Made by a program: the position numbers and the translations under genes
From: Rhynchopus sp. YZ270_cl-10
Taxonomy: Eukaryota
Assembly (NCBI GenBank): GCA_964035575.1
Contig: OZ037836.1
Span: 248,001-312,000 of the forward strand
Direction of reading: 5' to 3'
Length of the DNA: 64,000 nt
In this document: one piece after another, positions 47,444 through 58,253 of the stretch
Layout: each line of letters starts with the position of its first letter
Position numbering within the stretch: position 1 is the stretch's first letter
Notes under the pieces: model-generated
The model's input: the letters and a program-made list of their open reading frames with translations, nothing else
What the model was told of the DNA's origin: nothing
Database searches by the model: none

Positions 47444-48439
47444 TCACGCGCACACGCAGTTGGTTTTATCCATGAAGCTACGGTTGTGCAGATGTTCTGA
47501 CACAACACTGCTCGATCCGGTGACGTTGATGCTGCTTGTACGTATTCTGCAGCTTTGCATGAAGTGCGGAGCAATGTAGGCTGCACTCGTCCACCCAGAT
47601 AAGTCAACAGTTCGCAATTCCCTGCAGTTGGCGAGGAAGTAGTATCCAACCTGCGTCACACTGTGCCACCCAGACAGGGAAAGGGTTCGCAATGCGCTGC
47701 AGTCGTAAAGAAAGTAGTCCCCAACCAGCCTCACGTTGTTCCACCCAGACAAGTCCAGTGTTTGCAGTGCGTTGCAGTTGGAGAGAAAGAAGCCATTAAT
47801 CTGCGTCACATTGTTCCACCCAGACAAGTCAAGGGTGGTCAGTGAGCTGCACTCGCAGAGGAATGTATGTCCAACTGTTCTCAGGTTGTTCCACCCAGAT
47901 AAGTCAACGGTTGTCAACGTGCAGCAGCTGTAGAGAAAGCCGTCGCAAAGTTGCGTCACATTGCTCCACCCAGATAAGTCAACAGTGCGCAATGAGCGGC
48001 AGTCGGAGAGAAAAAAATTCCTGATTACAGCCACACCTGGAACACCACTGAGATCAAGTTCTTCGAACGTGCCACGTCTCAGGCAGTCGGAGGGAATCTC
48101 AGTAACAACTTCTGCACGCAGAAACAAATGAACCAGCTTGGGATCTGTCAGACGTTCGAACCTCTCTGCAGTGATGTCGGTCTCACCCAAGTCACGAAGA
48201 GCTGCAATGGCGTCGTCCTTCTGCGACTTCGTCTTCGTCAGCACAACTGTGTCCCCAGCACTCAGCTGCGTGATGTAGTCTCCTTCGGCCAGCAGCTTCC
48301 CTCCGAAGCTCATGTCAAAGCCGTCTTCGCACAACTCTGCTGCAGACGCCACCTTCCGCCGTATGTCCGCAGTTGTATCATCCACATCCACCTCGACTGT
48401 GTACTTCTCTCCGTCAAAGCTCTCCACACATATTTCCAT
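47444..48439 (-). CDS. Ubiquitin-like domain + LRR + CaaX protein A (331 aa)
   Basis: Ubl-like MEICVESFDGEKYTVEV..DDTTADIRRKVA...MSFGGKLL; six 25-aa LxTLDLSGWxNVxxxxxxFL repeats; ends CVCA. Confidence 0.88.
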   Translation of the reverse strand: MEICVESFDGEKYTVEVDVDDTTADIRRKVASAAELCEDGFDMSFGGKLLAEGDYITQLSAGDTVVLTKTKSQKDDAIAALRDLGETDITAERFERLTDPKLVHLFLRAEVVTEIPSDCLRRGTFEELDLSGVPGVAVIRNFFLSDCRSLRTVDLSGWSNVTQLCDGFLYSCCTLTTVDLSGWNNLRTVGHTFLCECSSLTTLDLSGWNNVTQINGFFLSNCNALQTLDLSGWNNVRLVGDYFLYDCSALRTLSLSGWHSVTQVGYYFLANCRELRTVDLSGWTSAAYIAPHFMQSCRIRTSSINVTGSSSVVSEHLHNRSFMDKTNCVCA

Positions 48440-48979
48440 GGTTTTGTGTCTCTCTGTTTGGTGTTTTGGGTGGGCATTTTGTGATGGGACGGGAGGGATA
48501 GGAAAGTGCCAAAAGTACTAAAACCTGCAAAACAGATTATTTTATGAAAACCTTGTCTCAGGACACGACACACACCCACAAAATAAAATCTGTTCGATAA
48601 AATAAACGCGAGCTCCTTGTTTTATCTTGTTCATAAAAACCATCCTGAAAAACAAGAGTGTCTTGCACAGGACTTGCTCTGAACGAGGTAATTCCACCAT
48701 GGCGTATGCAAGACTACTTCACACAGATCCATTCTTCAGTTTTCCTATCACTAGGCACTCATCACTGACTGACGATGCTACACAACGTCTATAAAAAAGC
48801 ATTTGCACCATTTTCGAAATTTTTGTGCGAGTTAGAAAAAAAATACGAAAGTACAACAGATGCTCAAAAGCCAAGAATTTTTGCGTCAACAAAGAGGTAA
48901 CAACAACGCAACAGGAGCTGCGTTGCTAACACTGAACATAAACAGACCACAAAAAGACACTCCTTGGCAGATGCATCAA

Positions 48980-49969
48980 TCACATGCACACGCATCTGGG
49001 CTTCTCACGAGCCTTGTCCACACGTCCGGACACAATACTGCTCGATCTGGAAACGTTGATACTGCATCTACTAAAGTTGCATCCGACAAGAAAGTCGACC
49101 CCAACATGCGTCACATTCGACCACCCAGATAAGTCCAGCGAGGCCAACGAAGTGTTGCGGTAGAGAAACTGGTTCCCTACCTGCGTCACATTATCCCACC
49201 CAGACAAATTAAGCTCTGTCAATGAGCAGCAGCCATAGAGGAAGCTCCTGCCTACCGCTGTCACGTTGTTCCACCCAGAAAGGTCTAGCGTCCTCAACGA
49301 GACGCACTCGGTCATGAAGAAGGCCTCAATGAGCGAGACGCTTTTCCACCCTGACAGGTCAACTGTACGCAAGGCGGTGCACTTCCCGAGGAAGTGGTTC
49401 CCTACGTGGGTGATACTGCTCCACCCAGACAAGTCCAGAGTAGTCAACAACGTGCAGCCGTGGACAAAGGCGAATCCCACGCGCCGCACATTGTCCCACC
49501 CTGACAGATCGACTGCCGTCAACACCCTGCAGCTCTGGCGGAGGAAGAAGCTGCCGACGTCAGTCACACACGACACATCACTGAGATCCAGTTCTTGGAA
49601 CGCGCAATCTTCTAAGAAGCGTTCGCGGAGCACGGTCGCAGCGCCCGCCTGCAGAAGCAAATGAACCAGTCTCGCATCTGATTGACACTGCTCTAGCCTC
49701 TGTGTTGTAAGCTCGGTCTCACCTAAGTCACGAAGAGCTGCAATGGCATCATCCTTCTTCGTCCGCGCACTCGTAAGTACTACTATATCCCCAGCACTCA
49801 GCTGCGTGATGTCCTCTCCTTCGTCCTTCCCTCCGAAGCCCATGTGGAAGCTGTCCTCAGCCAACCCCACTGCAGACGCCACCTTCTGCCGCATCGTCTC
49901 CATTGTTTCATCCACACCAACCTCGATCACATACGAGTTCTCATCGCACCCCTTGACCGTCACTTCCAT
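48980..49969 (-). CDS. Ubiquitin-like domain + LRR + CaaX protein B (329 aa, divergent paralogue)
   Basis: MEVTVKGCDENSYVIEVG..ETMETMRQKVA; six DLSGW repeats; ends CVCM. Confidence 0.88.
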   Translation of the reverse strand: MEVTVKGCDENSYVIEVGVDETMETMRQKVASAVGLAEDSFHMGFGGKDEGEDITQLSAGDIVVLTSARTKKDDAIAALRDLGETELTTQRLEQCQSDARLVHLLLQAGAATVLRERFLEDCAFQELDLSDVSCVTDVGSFFLRQSCRVLTAVDLSGWDNVRRVGFAFVHGCTLLTTLDLSGWSSITHVGNHFLGKCTALRTVDLSGWKSVSLIEAFFMTECVSLRTLDLSGWNNVTAVGRSFLYGCCSLTELNLSGWDNVTQVGNQFLYRNTSLASLDLSGWSNVTHVGVDFLVGCNFSRCSINVSRSSSIVSGRVDKAREKPRCVCM

Positions 49970-50682
49970 TTGTCTTATTGTTTGTGTCGCTCTGTTGTGT
50001 GGTGTGGTTGTGGGCTCGCACTGAGTCACATACAAGAACCCTCAACCCTTCAAGGAGGAAACAGTAGAAGTAACCAGAAGTGCCAGGACATGCAGTTTGG
50101 ATGGTTTGGAGCTTGTCAATAGTATTACGGAAAAGGAGGGTCGCGAGAGGTGGGAGGAGGAGGAGGGGGTGTCTGACTTCTGTCTTTTTGGGCCAAGTGC
50201 AACATTTTTTCTGGCATGTCGCCGGAAGCAACAGTGTTGCATCAAAACAAAAAAGAACAAAACAAAACACAAAGATGGCAAGCCTCCCAAACCGCTTGAA
50301 ACCAAAACTGAAAAAGGGAAAAAAGGAAAAAGGTAAGGGGCGGGTAAAAACAGACACGCACAGCACCTGAACATATGATAAAAACAAGTAAGTGATAACA
50401 GTGATTATCTTTATTTTGTTTTCTTTTTATGAAAACTTAGTTGTCTCAGTCTAGACACCCGAGGATGTGTTCCACTGGACAAAACGCTTTTCCGTAACTG
50501 TTGATTATCTTCTTTTTCTTGTTTCTGTTTCTTTCCGCTCGTTTTCGTAATATCTACACGTTGATTTTTGAATTGCAATAAAATCAAAAGTAAAAACCAA
50601 ACCACCAACAACCACAATAACCAGATTAAGAAGAAAAAGAAAATAGAAAACAAAACAAAACAAAACAAAACACACTACGGTT

Positions 50683-51988
50683 CTATGCAGCCTGGTCGTA
50701 CATCTTCCTCATGACCGGGTGGCAGGTCCTCTCCAGCTTCCTCTGGGAGGACTGGAACTCCTCCTTGGTGGCCTCAGTGCCGCAGAGCTCGAGGGCACCG
50801 TTGCAGGCGTCCATGACCTTCTTCTTGTCGTCGTCGCCGACAAGCCCGCCGGTTCTGTCGTCCATGAGGGTGGTGACCATCTGGTAGGCGTAGGTCTCGA
50901 GCTCGTGTCTGGCGTCGACACGCTCGCGTGCCTGCTTGTCGGCCTCAGCGAACTTCTCTGCGTCGTTGCACATGTCGTCAATCTCCTTCTGGGACAGACG
51001 GCCCTTGTCGTTGGTGATGGTGACCTGCGACTTCTTCCCGGTCGACTTGTCCTCGGCAGACACGTCCATGATGCCGTTCGCGTCGACGTCAAAGGTCACC
51101 TCAATCTGGGGCACGCCACGCGGGGCCGGCGGGATCCCGGTCAGGTCGAAGGTGCCGAGCTGGTGGCAGTCCTTCGTCATCGCCCGCTCCCCCTCGAACA
51201 CACAGATGTTCACCACAGGCTGGTTGTCCGCACACGTCGAGAACTCCTGGCTCTTCTTCGTCGGGATCGTCGTGTTCCTCTTGATCAGCGGTGTCATCAC
51301 ACCCCCGTCCGTCTCAATCCCCACAGTCAGCGGCGTCACGTCCAGCAGCAGGATCTGCTCCGTCTGCGTGCTCTTTCCCCCCGTCAGCACAAAGGCCTGC
51401 ACCGCAGCACCAAAGGCAACAGCCTCGTCGGGGTTGATCGACTTGTTCAGGTCCTTTCCGCCGAAGAAGTCCGACACCATCGCCTGGATCTTCGGGATAC
51501 GGGTCGATCCTCCGACCAGCACAACCTCCGTGATGGCCCGCTTCTCAATCTTCGAGTCGTTCAGCACAGACTCCACAGGGCGCAGGCACGACTTGAACAG
51601 GTCCGCGCACAGCTCCTCGAACTTCGCACGTGTGATCGACGAGTAGAAGTCCGTCCCCTCAAACAGCGAGTCGATCTCAATGCTGGTCTGTGCCGCCGAC
51701 GACAGCGCACGCTTGGCACGCTCACAGGCAGTGCGCAGACGGCGCAGCGCACGCTGGTTCGTCGTCAGGTCCTTCTTGTGCTTCTTCTTGAACTCCTCCA
51801 CGAAGTGGTTCACCATCCGGTTGTCGAAGTCCTCGCCTCCCAAGTGGGTGTCTCCCGCAGTCGCCTTCACCTCGAAGATCCCCCCGTCAATCGCCAGAAG
51901 CGTCACATCGAAGGTACCGCCACCCAGGTCGAAGATCAGGATGTTCTTCTGCCCCGCGCTCGCGTTGTCGAGTCCGTAGGCAATCGCC

Positions 51989-52020
<32 letters not shown>

Positions 52021-52527
52021 GTCCATCCCCGAGATCGCCCCTGCGTCCTTCGTCGCCTGACGCTGCGAGTCGTTGAAGTACGCAGGCACAGTCACAACGC
52101 TCTTCTTCACCTCCTTCCCAAGGAACTGCTCCGCCGTCTCCTTCATCTTCACAAGGATCATCGCAGAGATCTCCTCAGGCCTGAACGTCTTCGTCGTCCC
52201 CATGAACGACACCTCAATCAGCGGCTTCCCGTCCTCCTTCGCCACAACCTTGAACGGCCAGTGCTTCATGTCGCTCTGCACAGACGAGTCCTCCAGCTTG
52301 CGCCCGATCAGACGCTTCGCGTCGAACACCGTGTTCGTCGGGTTCATCGCCACCTGGTTCTTCGCCGCATCTCCGATCAGACGCTCGCTGTCTGCGAACG
52401 CCACGTACGACGGCGTCGTCCGGTTCCCCTGGTTGTTCGCAATGATCTCCACACGCTCGTTCTGCCACACTCCCACACACGAGTAGGTCGTTCCCAAGTC
52501 AATACCGATGGCTCCGTCGTAGGACAT
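50683..52527 (-). CDS. HSP70: Cytosolic-type heat shock protein 70 (614 aa) lacking C-terminal EEVD
   Basis: [38 protein letters not shown] and [12 protein letters not shown] signatures; N-terminus [12 protein letters not shown] resembles kinetoplastid HSP70. Confidence 0.97.
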
Positions 52528-53684
52528 TGTAGTGTTGTTTTGTGGTCTTTGGCTTTTGATAGAAAAAATAAGGTAAAAAGTGATGAGCTGTTTGTTGTGT
52601 GTGGGTGTTGGAGTGGGTAAGTGGTTGTGGGTATTGGGTGGTCAGAGGTTGGACACTTGGTTGGTGGACGGGAGAGTGTCAGTGTGGATGGTGTTGTGGG
52701 ACGTGTCTTTGGTGTTGTGCGTTGTGGGGGGAGATCTGCACAGATCGAGAATACGTGAAGAACACACGGGCAGAAGGAGACAAGAAGAAGGCAGACATGT
52801 TGCCACTGAGACGATAGAGGTGTAAGACAAAGGGGACACCTCTGTGTGCAGAACTGTATGCTGCAAGGCTGTGTTGGCACGGGAGGGATGTCTCTCTCTG
52901 TGGGGGTGGACAAGTGGCTCAAAAGTGCTAAATCATGGAAAATAGCGTTTGTTATTCAGACCTCCCCTCGCGACATACCAAGTGGGGTTACTGCGAGGCT
53001 GCCAAAAGAGATGGCTCCCTACTGAACGGATGTCCCCTAACGGTACCCCTTTTGCACTCAAGAGAAGGCACGGTACTGCGTGAATTGCACCCACGTAGGG
53101 TCGAGCAGCCTTCGTGACCACACAAGACCCACAGTGAGAGGTCTTGAAACAAGTTACAAAGGGGAGAGAGGTCTTTTGTTTTGTTTGAAAGCTTCGTTGT
53201 ATTAGTGTGGACACCCGAGGATGTGCTCCACTGTGTGTTCCTTTTGAACTTGACCACTATCGTTTTTGTTGGCTTTTATGTAAGTTTTGTATTTTCATGA
53301 CCTTTCAGTTTCTCTATCCTCTGCGATATGACGCGCAAACACGCCGTTTTCAATTTGATTCGCAGACCGATACTGACTCACGAAGTTGCTGTGTCAAAAA
53401 ACACCTTCCTCTGCGAGGCGGGATACCACAGCGACAACGTCTATCACTCATGCGCCTATGAGTCGCTCAATGGCGTCATGGCTTTTATCATGACTACAGG
53501 GGTCCAACCCTGCACATTGTTCTCACAACACAAAATACAAATATGCACACAAATGAAGAGATGAAAGATATCTTACAATAAGACAACAAACACCGGAAGT
53601 AAAGCGAAAAATGCGAGGGCTGAAAAAGATGTTGTTGGAAAGTACAGTAACGAGCAGCTAGCCTCTCAAAAGATGCACAATGCC

Positions 53685-54698
53685 TCACATGCACACACAT
53701 CCGTCCTGAATACCGCGCTTGAAATCGCCCAGGAGGTTACGGCTCTTCACATATTCTGACACAACACTGCTCGATCCTTCAACGTTGATGCTGCTTGTGG
53801 GTATGTTGCATCCTTTTAGGAAGCCATTACTAATGTGCTGCACACTCGTCCACCCAGACATGTTAAGTATCTTCAATGCGCTGCAGTTAGCGAGGAAGTA
53901 GTACTCAACCTGCGTCACATTGCCCCACCCAGATAAGTCAAGGGTTCGTAATGCACTGCAGCTTGCGAGGAACCTGTGATCAACTTGCATTACATTGTGC
54001 CACCCTGACAAATCAAGTGTGGTCAATGAGGTGCAGTAGCGGAGGAAGTTGTTCTCGATGCGCCTTACATTGTTCCACCCAGACATGTCAAGTGTGGTCA
54101 ATGAGGTGCAGCCGGCGAGGAAACTAAGTCCAACCTTTCTCAGGTTGTTCCACCCAGATAAGTCAACGGTTGTCAACGTCCTGCAGTTGTAGAGGAAGTA
54201 GCTGTCAACCTGCGTCACATTGCTCCACCCAGATAAATCAGCTGTGTGCAATGCGTTGCAGGAGGAGAGAAAGTGGCGCCCTACTGCAGTCACACCTGGC
54301 ACACCACTGAGATCAAGTTCTGAGAACGTGCCACCTTGTAAGAAGTAATGGGGGATCTCAGTAACAACCTCCGCCTGCAGAAACAAATGAACCAGATTGG
54401 GATCTGTCAGACGCTTGAACCTCTCTCGCGCCAGCCTTGTCTCACCCAAGTCACAAAGAACTGAAATGGCGTCGTCCTTCTGCGACTTTGTCTTCGTCAG
54501 CACAACTGTGTCCCCAGCACTCAGCTGCGTGATGTAGTCTCCTTCGGCCAGCAGCTTCCCACCGAAGCTCATGTCAAAGCCGTCTTCGCACAACTCTGCT
54601 GCAGACGCCACCTTCCGCCGTATGTCCGCAGTTGTATCATCCACACCCACCTCGACTGTGTACTTCTCTCCGTCAAAGCTCTTCACACATATTTCCAT
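53685..54698 (-). CDS. Ubiquitin-like domain + LRR + CaaX protein C (337 aa)
   Basis: Ubl nearly identical to protein A; six DLSGW-type repeats; ends CVCM. Confidence 0.88.
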   Translation of the reverse strand: MEICVKSFDGEKYTVEVGVDDTTADIRRKVASAAELCEDGFDMSFGGKLLAEGDYITQLSAGDTVVLTKTKSQKDDAISVLCDLGETRLARERFKRLTDPNLVHLFLQAEVVTEIPHYFLQGGTFSELDLSGVPGVTAVGRHFLSSCNALHTADLSGWSNVTQVDSYFLYNCRTLTTVDLSGWNNLRKVGLSFLAGCTSLTTLDMSGWNNVRRIENNFLRYCTSLTTLDLSGWHNVMQVDHRFLASCSALRTLDLSGWGNVTQVEYYFLANCSALKILNMSGWTSVQHISNGFLKGCNIPTSSINVEGSSSVVSEYVKSRNLLGDFKRGIQDGCVCM

Positions 54699-55256
54699 GG
54701 TTTTGTGTCTCTCTGTTTCAGGTGTTTTGGGTGGGGCAGGAAGAAACAAAAATAATAAAAACACCTTTCATCTTTTGTTTAGTTGGTACTACTCATGTCA
54801 TACTAACTGATACTGACTCATATGCGTTTCCTTCAAAACTTCACACACAACGCTTTTTGGTAATTGGGAGACACACAAAGGTGCCAGGTTCTATGATATG
54901 CACGGAACCACCCTGCACCTGTTTGTCATATTGTTTAGCCGACTTGTCTTGGTCAAGAAGGAGACCCCTCCCACGGTTGACGAGGCGATACGGCCAGTGG
55001 AAGTGACACCTCAACCGGTAGTGAGCGTATCTCGCACTTCCCCTTCTGCCCTTTCAACCCTTCCCAAAAAAAATTTTGTAGCACCCCCGCACGCTTCGCC
55101 TCTCTACCTGTGTCTGTCAGGGAGGCGCGCGCGAAGCGCGCGACGACCGCTTTGTCGGGGAGAAAAAAATTTTTTTGGGGGTCGTTTTCATATGGTACAC
55201 CCCAATTTCGGAAACCCCAAATCCTGGCGGAAACCCTGCTTTCAGTGATGTATATA

Positions 55257-55989
55257 CAGGGCGTTCGCTATCGCCATCGTTTTTTCCTGATCGTGGCGAA
55301 ATGCCAAAAAACCCGAAATTTTTGCTTTTTTACTAGTGCTTAAAATAGGTCAAAAAAAATTTTCCCGCCGGAGAGAAGCTAGTTCGTGGGGGTGAATCCC
55401 CGGTACTGAGTGGTCGAAAAAAAATTGCGATTTGCGCGTGATCCCTTCCCCAGCACTAAAACCAGCAAAACGATGGAGAATTTCATCAATCCCCCCCTCA
55501 CTGAGGGTCTCTTTGTGCTGTTTAATCAAACAGATGTACAAGAGAGAGGCATCTGTCATATGAGACTTCATCCTTAGTTTGATTATTTTCAATCAACTAA
55601 AACGTCTCTCTGCCGTTGAAGGTAGAGTTGACACGAGTAGTGACACCTTCTATAACAGGGGGTACGGGACACCTTCAGCAGACTGCAGGATTGAGGAGCG
55701 AGCGGGAGTGCTGGGGAAACTTACTTTCACGGCAGGCGGGTTTGCGGATGATTTTGAGTACAGTGGACACCCCCTCTGCGACCCCCCCTCCGGGGGGGTC
55801 GACAGGTTGGGGGGGAGAAATCTCTCTCTCATTTTTTTTTTCCCCCCTTTTTTTTTTTATTTATTTATTTATTTATACAGGGTTTCGCCCCGGTGGGGCG
55901 AAGCCCTGGGGCGAAATAAAATGTCATTTTTTCAGGAAAAGATTTTTTTAACGAAAAAAAATATTTTTCGCCCCGGGGCGAACGCCCTG
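55257..55989. mobile_element. Non-autonomous hAT-like element (733 bp)
   Basis: TIR cagggcgttcgc / gcgaacgccctg; 8-bp TSD tgtatata (55249-55256, 55990-55997). Confidence 0.88.
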
Positions 55990-57479
55990 TGTATATAGGT
56001 ATCTTTATGTGGGACCAAATCCCACAAAAAATCGAAAAAAAAAAAAACAAGTAATTGCTATCAGAAAAAAAACGGGGTGTGCTGTGGTTATGGGGGGACC
56101 CACACTCCTGAACACTGCCCTGTAGAAATAATCTACACTCTGCTCTTCTGCAGGTATGCGAAAACGCTGCCACAACCACTGGGACGCCTGCACTTGAAAC
56201 GTTCAAGAACGGGGGCTGTCATCCTCAGACCCCTCTTCGTCCAGCACTCTTTGCTCGATGGATGGTCGGCGTGTTCCAGCTCGTTGTCGTCCACAGCCTC
56301 CCACTCATCGTCACCGGAGGAGGAGTGCGCAAGGAACACAGACGACTAACTGTCGTAGATCACACCATGCGCATCAGCACCACCCAGCAAAGCGCCAGGC
56401 TGCTATGTTGGTTTCGAAAATCGCGCGGGGTTTCCCACAGCACACCTCGTATTTTTTCTTAGCAATTCCTTGTTTTGTTGTTGTTGTTTTCCACACACCT
56501 TCCTTCAACCCTTGTAAGATCAGTTGCTATTTTTTTCTAGGAAACTTGAAATTACACATTTCAAGAGAACAAATTAAAAAGGGTCCTTATTTGCATTTTT
56601 GGGCTCCGCCCGTGCAGTGGTGGGGTCAATCTCGAAAATTGGACAATTTTTTGACCACTTAAATTTTGAGAAATATGAGCCCGGTTGCTTATCCGTGGGG
56701 CCCATTTTTGGCCAAAATTTTCCTCAAAATCCGGGTTTGTAATATTGACCCTTTACTCCCCCCCCACATCGATTTCAATACTATACCTTACTTCACCTAC
56801 GGTTACCCTTACAGGGGGGTGAAGGAAGGTAAGTTGAAAACTATAGAATTTCGGGATTTTTTTGCAATTTTTACCTTACCTTACAGGGCTCTAAGAGGGG
56901 TCCCGAAGGGACTCCAGAGCAACGCGACCCCACCATGAAGAGCACGGTCGTCAAGAAGCCCAAAAAACGAGTCGGGATTCCGCAAAAAGGTGTTCTCTGA
57001 GTGACTCGTGGTGTAAAAAACTAGATTTTTACACCGCACCATGAATTTTTTTCGCCTGCGGCGCTATTTTATCTTATTTTTTTTGCTCCGCAAAAAAAAA
57101 ATATAGTTCCCAGTGTCTTCCCTTGTCAGCAGTGCTGAATTTTTGGGGGAAAAAACAAGCTTACCCCGATCTTGAAATCTGGATTCCTGGAGAAGACACT
57201 AGTTTTTCATACACAAAAACAATGACTGCCTCATACAAAACCACCGTATGGTGGGTGCTGGCTGTTTAAAACCCTGCACACCCCCACGCGAAAAAATAAT
57301 AAAACCTACATCCTCGAAACTTTTCTACACAAATGATTTCATTGAACGCATCCCCCGGGGGTTTCCCACATATTTCCCCCTTTACTGCACCCCCACCACC
57401 CCTATATACATTACTGCCTGCTTTTGAAAAAAAAAAAAAAACTTTTGCAGATTTGGAGAAAAAGTTTTTTGCATTTTTT

Positions 57480-57660
57480 GGGGAACTGGGTTGCTGACCG
57501 CATCATGAAATCCCGTACCATACAGCTGTACCCAATTTTTTTTTGCCTGCGGCGCCATTTTTCCTTTTTTGCTCCGCAAAAAAGGGTTCGTTGAGTGACT
57601 CTGTGCTGTAAAAGGCTAGATTTTTACACTGTACCCAAATTTTTTTTCGCCTGCGGCGCC
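57480..57660. repeat. Dispersed transposon-derived repeat (copies ~37464-37620 inverted, ~39030-39170, ~57000-57100)
   Basis: Shared ttttgcctgcggcgccatttttccttttttgctccgcaaaaa. Confidence 0.8.
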
Positions 57661-58253
57661 ATATTATATTAATTTATTTGCTTCGCAAAAAAAAATTGAG
57701 TCGTGAGTCCTGATATGGGTGAAAAATTGCATCCGGGTGCCCTTTTGTGCACTCCTCCTGAAGGGGTGAAAGGTGCTGTGAATGCTACCTTGCATGCTGG
57801 AGTCAGGCATAGTGCATGTGGGACCTGCTGGAGCCCTAGCCAGTGAAGCCCCTGGGCTAGTACAATGATGATACTTCAATCTTAAGTCCATTTCTTCAAA
57901 AAAGCCCCTCCGTGCCCCCAGCCCCCTCAGGAATAGCAACCTCACTTTTTTTGCACTTTTGGTAAGGAAAAAAATCGTATATAAATCCCTGGGTGCGAGG
58001 ATGCAAAAAAAATACAACTCTTCCTTTTTTAGATAGATATTCAGTAAAAAGAAACGAAAACAAGGAAAAAAAGAGAAAAAGTTTTTTCGTTGATCGCTCG
58101 AATTAGTGTCCCTGAGTGAATGAATCTGGGGAGTAATTCGGCAAGCACTATCTAAAAACAGAGTTTTATTTTTATATGACGATTCTCGTATATTCAAAAA
58201 AAAAAATGTGCGTAAAAAAACATCGCCGGTGCCGCAGGGTTGTCCCGGGGGAC

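Noticed and set aside
50719..52620. 633-aa plus-strand ORF
   Set aside because: Antisense shadow of HSP70, a common artefact of its codon bias.
53074..53132. tRNA-like sequence (GGTGCAATTC on the minus strand)
   Set aside because: No cloverleaf can be built; kept only as part of a dispersed repeat.
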